Source of the DNA: an uncultured Phycisphaerales bacterium
GTDB taxonomy: Bacteria > Planctomycetota > Phycisphaerae > Phycisphaerales > SM1A02
Direction: 5' to 3'
DNA: 64,000 bases
NCBI GenBank assembly: GCA_938084645.1
Contig: CALKEP010000001.1
Span: 32,001-96,000, forward strand
The position numbers were made by a program, and so were the translations under genes. This document shows, piece after piece, positions 60,334 through 64,000 of the stretch. The first letter of the stretch is position 1; the number at the start of each line of letters is the position of its first letter. The notes below the pieces were generated by a model. That model was not told the DNA's origin, ran no database searches, and saw only the letters and a list, made by a program, of their open reading frames with translations.

Positions 60334-60960
60334 TCAGCTCTTGGCGCCGAGCGGATTGTGGAAGTGCTTGTTCTGCACCGGGATGACGGCTTCCAGAACG
60401 TGTTCGAGCACTTCCGCCGGTGAACCGATCGCGGAGACTTCGGTCACGATCGCATCCGAGTAGTGGGCGAGGACGGGACTCGTCTCCCGATCGTAGACAT
60501 CGAACCGTCGACGGATGACGCGCTCGTCGGCATCGTCAAGCCGGTTCTCCTTGATCGCCCGCTTCTTCATTCGTTCGACCATCGCATCGAGATCGGGGCA
60601 GACGAGGTGGACGATCTGCAGGACGTCGACGTACGGCTCGAGCGCCTTGGCCTGGCCGAGACTTCGAGGAATGCCGTCCAGAACCAGCAGATCGACTCTC
60701 GGCTTGTAGAGACTGAGCACCGTCTGGGCGTGCATGTTCTGACGCCACATCTCGACGGTCAGCTCATCCGGGACGAGCTCGCCCTTCGAGGAGTACTGGA
60801 GGAACTGGCGGCCGAGATCGCTGGTGGTGTCGAGGGATCGGAACACGTCCCCACAGGCGAGATGGAAGAACCCGGGGATCTGTCCGAGGATCTTCCCCTG
60901 CGTGCCCTTGCCGGCGCCCGGAGCGCCAAAGAGCAGAACGGTCTTGAATCGATCGGGCAT
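60334..60960 (-). CDS. adk: Adenylate kinase (short LID type)
   Basis: GAPGAGKGTQ, GDVFR, GELVPDE, LDGIPR, RLDD. Confidence 0.92.
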   Translation of the reverse strand: MPDRFKTVLLFGAPGAGKGTQGKILGQIPGFFHLACGDVFRSLDTTSDLGRQFLQYSSKGELVPDELTVEMWRQNMHAQTVLSLYKPRVDLLVLDGIPRSLGQAKALEPYVDVLQIVHLVCPDLDAMVERMKKRAIKENRLDDADERVIRRRFDVYDRETSPVLAHYSDAIVTEVSAIGSPAEVLEHVLEAVIPVQNKHFHNPLGAKS

Positions 60961-61192
60961 GGGTCGCGAGCCTCCCAGGGCGGCGTGTGGTCGACTTCGG
61001 AAGTATCGGACAAATTCCGTTCGGACGAAAGTCGAAACGCCCGGTTCCTCAGATCGGGGATCGAGGTTCGGGATCCCTGATCTCGACACTTCTTCCACCG
61101 AATCCGGTCCGACTTGGCGTCCCCGGCCGTTCCCCGTAGGGTCGGTGCGATCGCCGGCGTCGTCGGCGAGTCTGTCTTCCTGGAGCTGTGGC

Positions 61193-62983
61193 ATGCAGGG
61201 CATCGTCTCGAAGTGGAAATGGCGATCCCCGTCCGCCGCGGATGCGTCCGTGGAGGCCACGTCGGGCCCGCTCGCGGATCGGGTCCTGCGAGGCCGCGAG
61301 ATCGAGGATCCGGTCGCCTTTCTCGATGACGGCTACGGCCGGGTGGTGCCGCCCGAGGGGCTTGGTGGCGCGGTGGAGGCCGGTCAACGGCTCTCCGAGG
61401 CGATCGCCGCGGGCCGCCGGATCGTGATCCATGGCGATTACGACTTCGACGGGATCGCGGCCTCCGCGATTCTCGCGCGGTCCCTGCGGCTGCTCTCATC
61501 CGAAGCCGAGGTGCGGGTGGTGCTTCCGGATCGGTATCAGGGGGGGTACGGGCTCTCGGTCGAAGGACTCCGACGAATCCGGGAGGAGGGTGCGGACCTG
61601 GTGGTCGCCGTTGACTGCGGCATCACCGCGATCGAAGCGATCGAGGCCGCCCGGGCGGATGGGCTCGACGTGATGGTGCTCGATCACCATTCCTTCATCC
61701 GCGACGAGGCCGGCGACATCGTGCTTCCACCGGCGTGTGTCGTGGTGCATCCCGGTCTTCCGGTCGACGACCCGAGCTGTGTCGGTACCGATCATCTGTG
61801 CGGTGCCGCGGTCGCGTTCAAGGTGGTCTGGGCGACGGCAAGAGCGCACTTCGGATCCGATCGAGTACCGGCGGTGATGAAACGTGAACTGGTCGAGGCG
61901 ACGATCCTCGCCGGACTGGGGACCATCGCGGACGTCATGCCCCTGGTGGAGGAGAACCGCGCGCTCGCGGCGCTCGCGCTCCGGGGACTTCCGAATTCAG
62001 GCATCTCCGGCCTTCGGGCGTTGCTGGTGGAATCCGGGCACGGTCTGCAGGACGGCCCGGTGCACGAGGAGACGGTGCAGTTCCAGTTGGCGCCGCGGAT
62101 CAACGCGCTCGGTCGCTTCGGCTCCGCGATGCCAGCCGTGGAGTTGCTGACGCTGCCGGAGGATGGAGCGACGACGTCCGCGCGGGCCGCGGAGATCGCC
62201 GCCGGAATCTCCGCGACGAATCTCGAGCGGCGTTCGGCGGAGCGAACGATCGTCGAAGAGGCGAGCGCGAGGGCCGAGGCCGAGGGGCAGACCGCGGCGG
62301 ACCATCCGGTGATCGTCCTTGGCGACCCGAACTGGAAGCGGGGGCTGGTCGGGCCCGCCGCCGCCAAGCTCGTCGACCGGTTCGCGCGTCCGGTGATCCT
62401 CTTCGAAGCCTGCGAGGACGGAATCGCCAGGGGATCCGCTCGGAGCATCCATGGGTATTCGATTCACGACGGCCTTGCCGCCGCGGCGCCGCTGCTGGAG
62501 TCGTTCGGAGGCCATGCCGCCGCGGCCGGCTGCGCCGTGCGAACCTCGCGGCTCGACGAGCTCCGGGCGACGCTGGTCGATCATGCTCGAACCGAGATCG
62601 CCGCCGTCGATCTCACGCCGGTCGTCGAGATCGACTGCCGCGCGGTGATCGAGGAGATGGACGAGGTCGAGGATGTCGAGGGTGTTCGACGACTCGCGCC
62701 GTTCGGCCCCGGACATCCGCGACCGAGCGTGCTGGTGGAGACCGTCCGCCCGATCGAGACGCGATGGGTGGGACAGGATCAGGGGACGCTTCAGCTCCGA
62801 TTCGCGGGGGCGGGCGCGCGGAGCGTCAAGGCGGTGTGGTTCGGTGCGGGGCGGCATCGGGACGCGATCGAATCGGCGATCCGGGGCGGTGCGATCGACA
62901 TCGTCGCGACCCCGGACCTCAACCGATGGCGGGGGCGGGTCGAGCCCAATCTGACGATCCGGGATCTCCGCGCGTCGACCTGA
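61193..62983 (+). CDS. recJ: Single-stranded-DNA-specific exonuclease RecJ
   Basis: HGDYDFDG, GYGL, VDCG, DHH, GTIADVMPL, APRINA, GSARS, GGHAAAAG. Confidence 0.93.
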   Translation: MQGIVSKWKWRSPSAADASVEATSGPLADRVLRGREIEDPVAFLDDGYGRVVPPEGLGGAVEAGQRLSEAIAAGRRIVIHGDYDFDGIAASAILARSLRLLSSEAEVRVVLPDRYQGGYGLSVEGLRRIREEGADLVVAVDCGITAIEAIEAARADGLDVMVLDHHSFIRDEAGDIVLPPACVVVHPGLPVDDPSCVGTDHLCGAAVAFKVVWATARAHFGSDRVPAVMKRELVEATILAGLGTIADVMPLVEENRALAALALRGLPNSGISGLRALLVESGHGLQDGPVHEETVQFQLAPRINALGRFGSAMPAVELLTLPEDGATTSARAAEIAAGISATNLERRSAERTIVEEASARAEAEGQTAADHPVIVLGDPNWKRGLVGPAAAKLVDRFARPVILFEACEDGIARGSARSIHGYSIHDGLAAAAPLLESFGGHAAAAGCAVRTSRLDELRATLVDHARTEIAAVDLTPVVEIDCRAVIEEMDEVEDVEGVRRLAPFGPGHPRPSVLVETVRPIETRWVGQDQGTLQLRFAGAGARSVKAVWFGAGRHRDAIESAIRGGAIDIVATPDLNRWRGRVEPNLTIRDLRAST

Positions 62984-63009
62984 ACGACGAGGCCTCCCGT
63001 TCGAATCGA

Positions 63010-64000
63010 TCAGATCACCACGTCGGCGCCGGCGGTGAGCGTCGGGAGCGTTTTGCCCACGAGGTCACCGGGTTCGAGCGCGGTGGTCGGGGCGATCTCG
63101 ATTCGACCGTCGACGGTGCCGTCGTCGCGACGGGGCACGGTCACGCCGGCCGCTTCCAGCCAGCGAGCCGCCCGCTCGATCTGCAGGACACCGCTGCTCG
63201 CCGCGGAATCACCGCCTTCGGCGTTCTTGATCGGGGCGAACTCCTCGGCCCGGTCGGTCTCCAGCACGAGACTGCGGTCGACGAACGCCAGGGCGTCGAA
63301 GACGAACATCTCGAACTTCGTCGCGTTCGGAGCGTCCGGTTCGATGCGGCGGCCCGTGTCGGCATTCCAATGCGGCACTTTCTTGCGGGCGCGATGGAAC
63401 GGCATCGTCCGATCGCCGTCGTCCGCGGCGAGACGCCGGACGAAATCGAGGCCGAGGAGGTGGATGGCGATCGAGCCGGCGAGGAATCGGAGGGCACCGT
63501 CCGCATCCGTCTCGGTCGCGAGCGATTCAGGAAGATCGCTGTATTCGATGACCACGGTCCGGCCGTCGACCTCGCAGAAGACCCCGACCTTCTCCTCGGC
63601 CGAGACCTTCGGCACCATCTTGCTGGACATCTCGCCGGAACTGGAGGGATGGGTGGCGTGGAGTCCGACGAACAGGGGGTCGATCACCTGCACCGTCGGG
63701 TTGTCGACCTGGAAGTAGGAGAGATGGCGGATGCCTCGAGCCGCCGCATGGTCGAGGGCGCCGCTTCGGTGGAGGGCCCGGAGGGATCCACCGTGGCCGT
63801 CGGGGCTGACCGCGAGGACGCCCGGCGCCTCGAGGAGGAGGCGCCCGTCGTCGTCGACCGCGGGCATGACGCCCTGCGGGAAGAACAGCATCGATTCGGG
63901 GCGACGACCGAAGTGGTTGTTGTCCTGGAAGAAGGCTCGGGTGGCCGCATCGTTCAGCGGGCTGGTCATCACGTACCAGGGCGTCTCCACGCCGTACTTG
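63010..64000 (-). CDS. UDP-N-acetylglucosamine pyrophosphorylase-like (UDPGP type 1 family), 5'-truncated by window edge
   Basis: YVMTS, SPDGHGG, QVDNP, EKVGV, IEYSDL, KFEMFVFD, EFAPIKN. Confidence 0.9.
   Translation of the reverse strand, partial: KYGVETPWYVMTSPLNDAATRAFFQDNNHFGRRPESMLFFPQGVMPAVDDDGRLLLEAPGVLAVSPDGHGGSLRALHRSGALDHAAARGIRHLSYFQVDNPTVQVIDPLFVGLHATHPSSSGEMSSKMVPKVSAEEKVGVFCEVDGRTVVIEYSDLPESLATETDADGALRFLAGSIAIHLLGLDFVRRLAADDGDRTMPFHRARKKVPHWNADTGRRIEPDAPNATKFEMFVFDALAFVDRSLVLETDRAEEFAPIKNAEGGDSAASSGVLQIERAARWLEAAGVTVPRRDDGTVDGRIEIAPTTALEPGDLVGKTLPTLTAGADVVI

Overview
High-GC bacterial window, most likely Planctomycetota/Phycisphaerae (inferred from dockerin-like C-terminal anchors, Cys-rich modules and gene content). 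It contains the end of an A2-type heme-copper oxidase operon with ctaA/ctaB, two tandem secreted Cys-rich dockerin-tailed paralogs, a MacAB-TolC-like exporter, an ECF sigma factor, tmRNA (tag ANTQYALAA), serC-serA-DUF1015, and housekeeping genes (acs, alaS, tpiA, secG, yicC, adk, recJ). The most interesting part is a ~17.5 kb type IV filament (T4P/T2SS/MSH-like) locus at 30.1-47.7 kb. It has an embedded PAS kinase / receiver / HD-GYP / STAS signalling cassette, a PilZ-like gene and an MshEN-type ATPase. Two further patterns stand out. Both major pilins end in a 12-residue Ca2+-loop-helix matching the dockerin repeats of secreted proteins in the same window. Six of the seven cytoplasm-facing assembly/signalling proteins from the PilZ-like gene to PilB end in -AA, like the local tmRNA tag, while no protein outside the locus does. 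All functions were assigned from motifs read by eye; no database searches were run.
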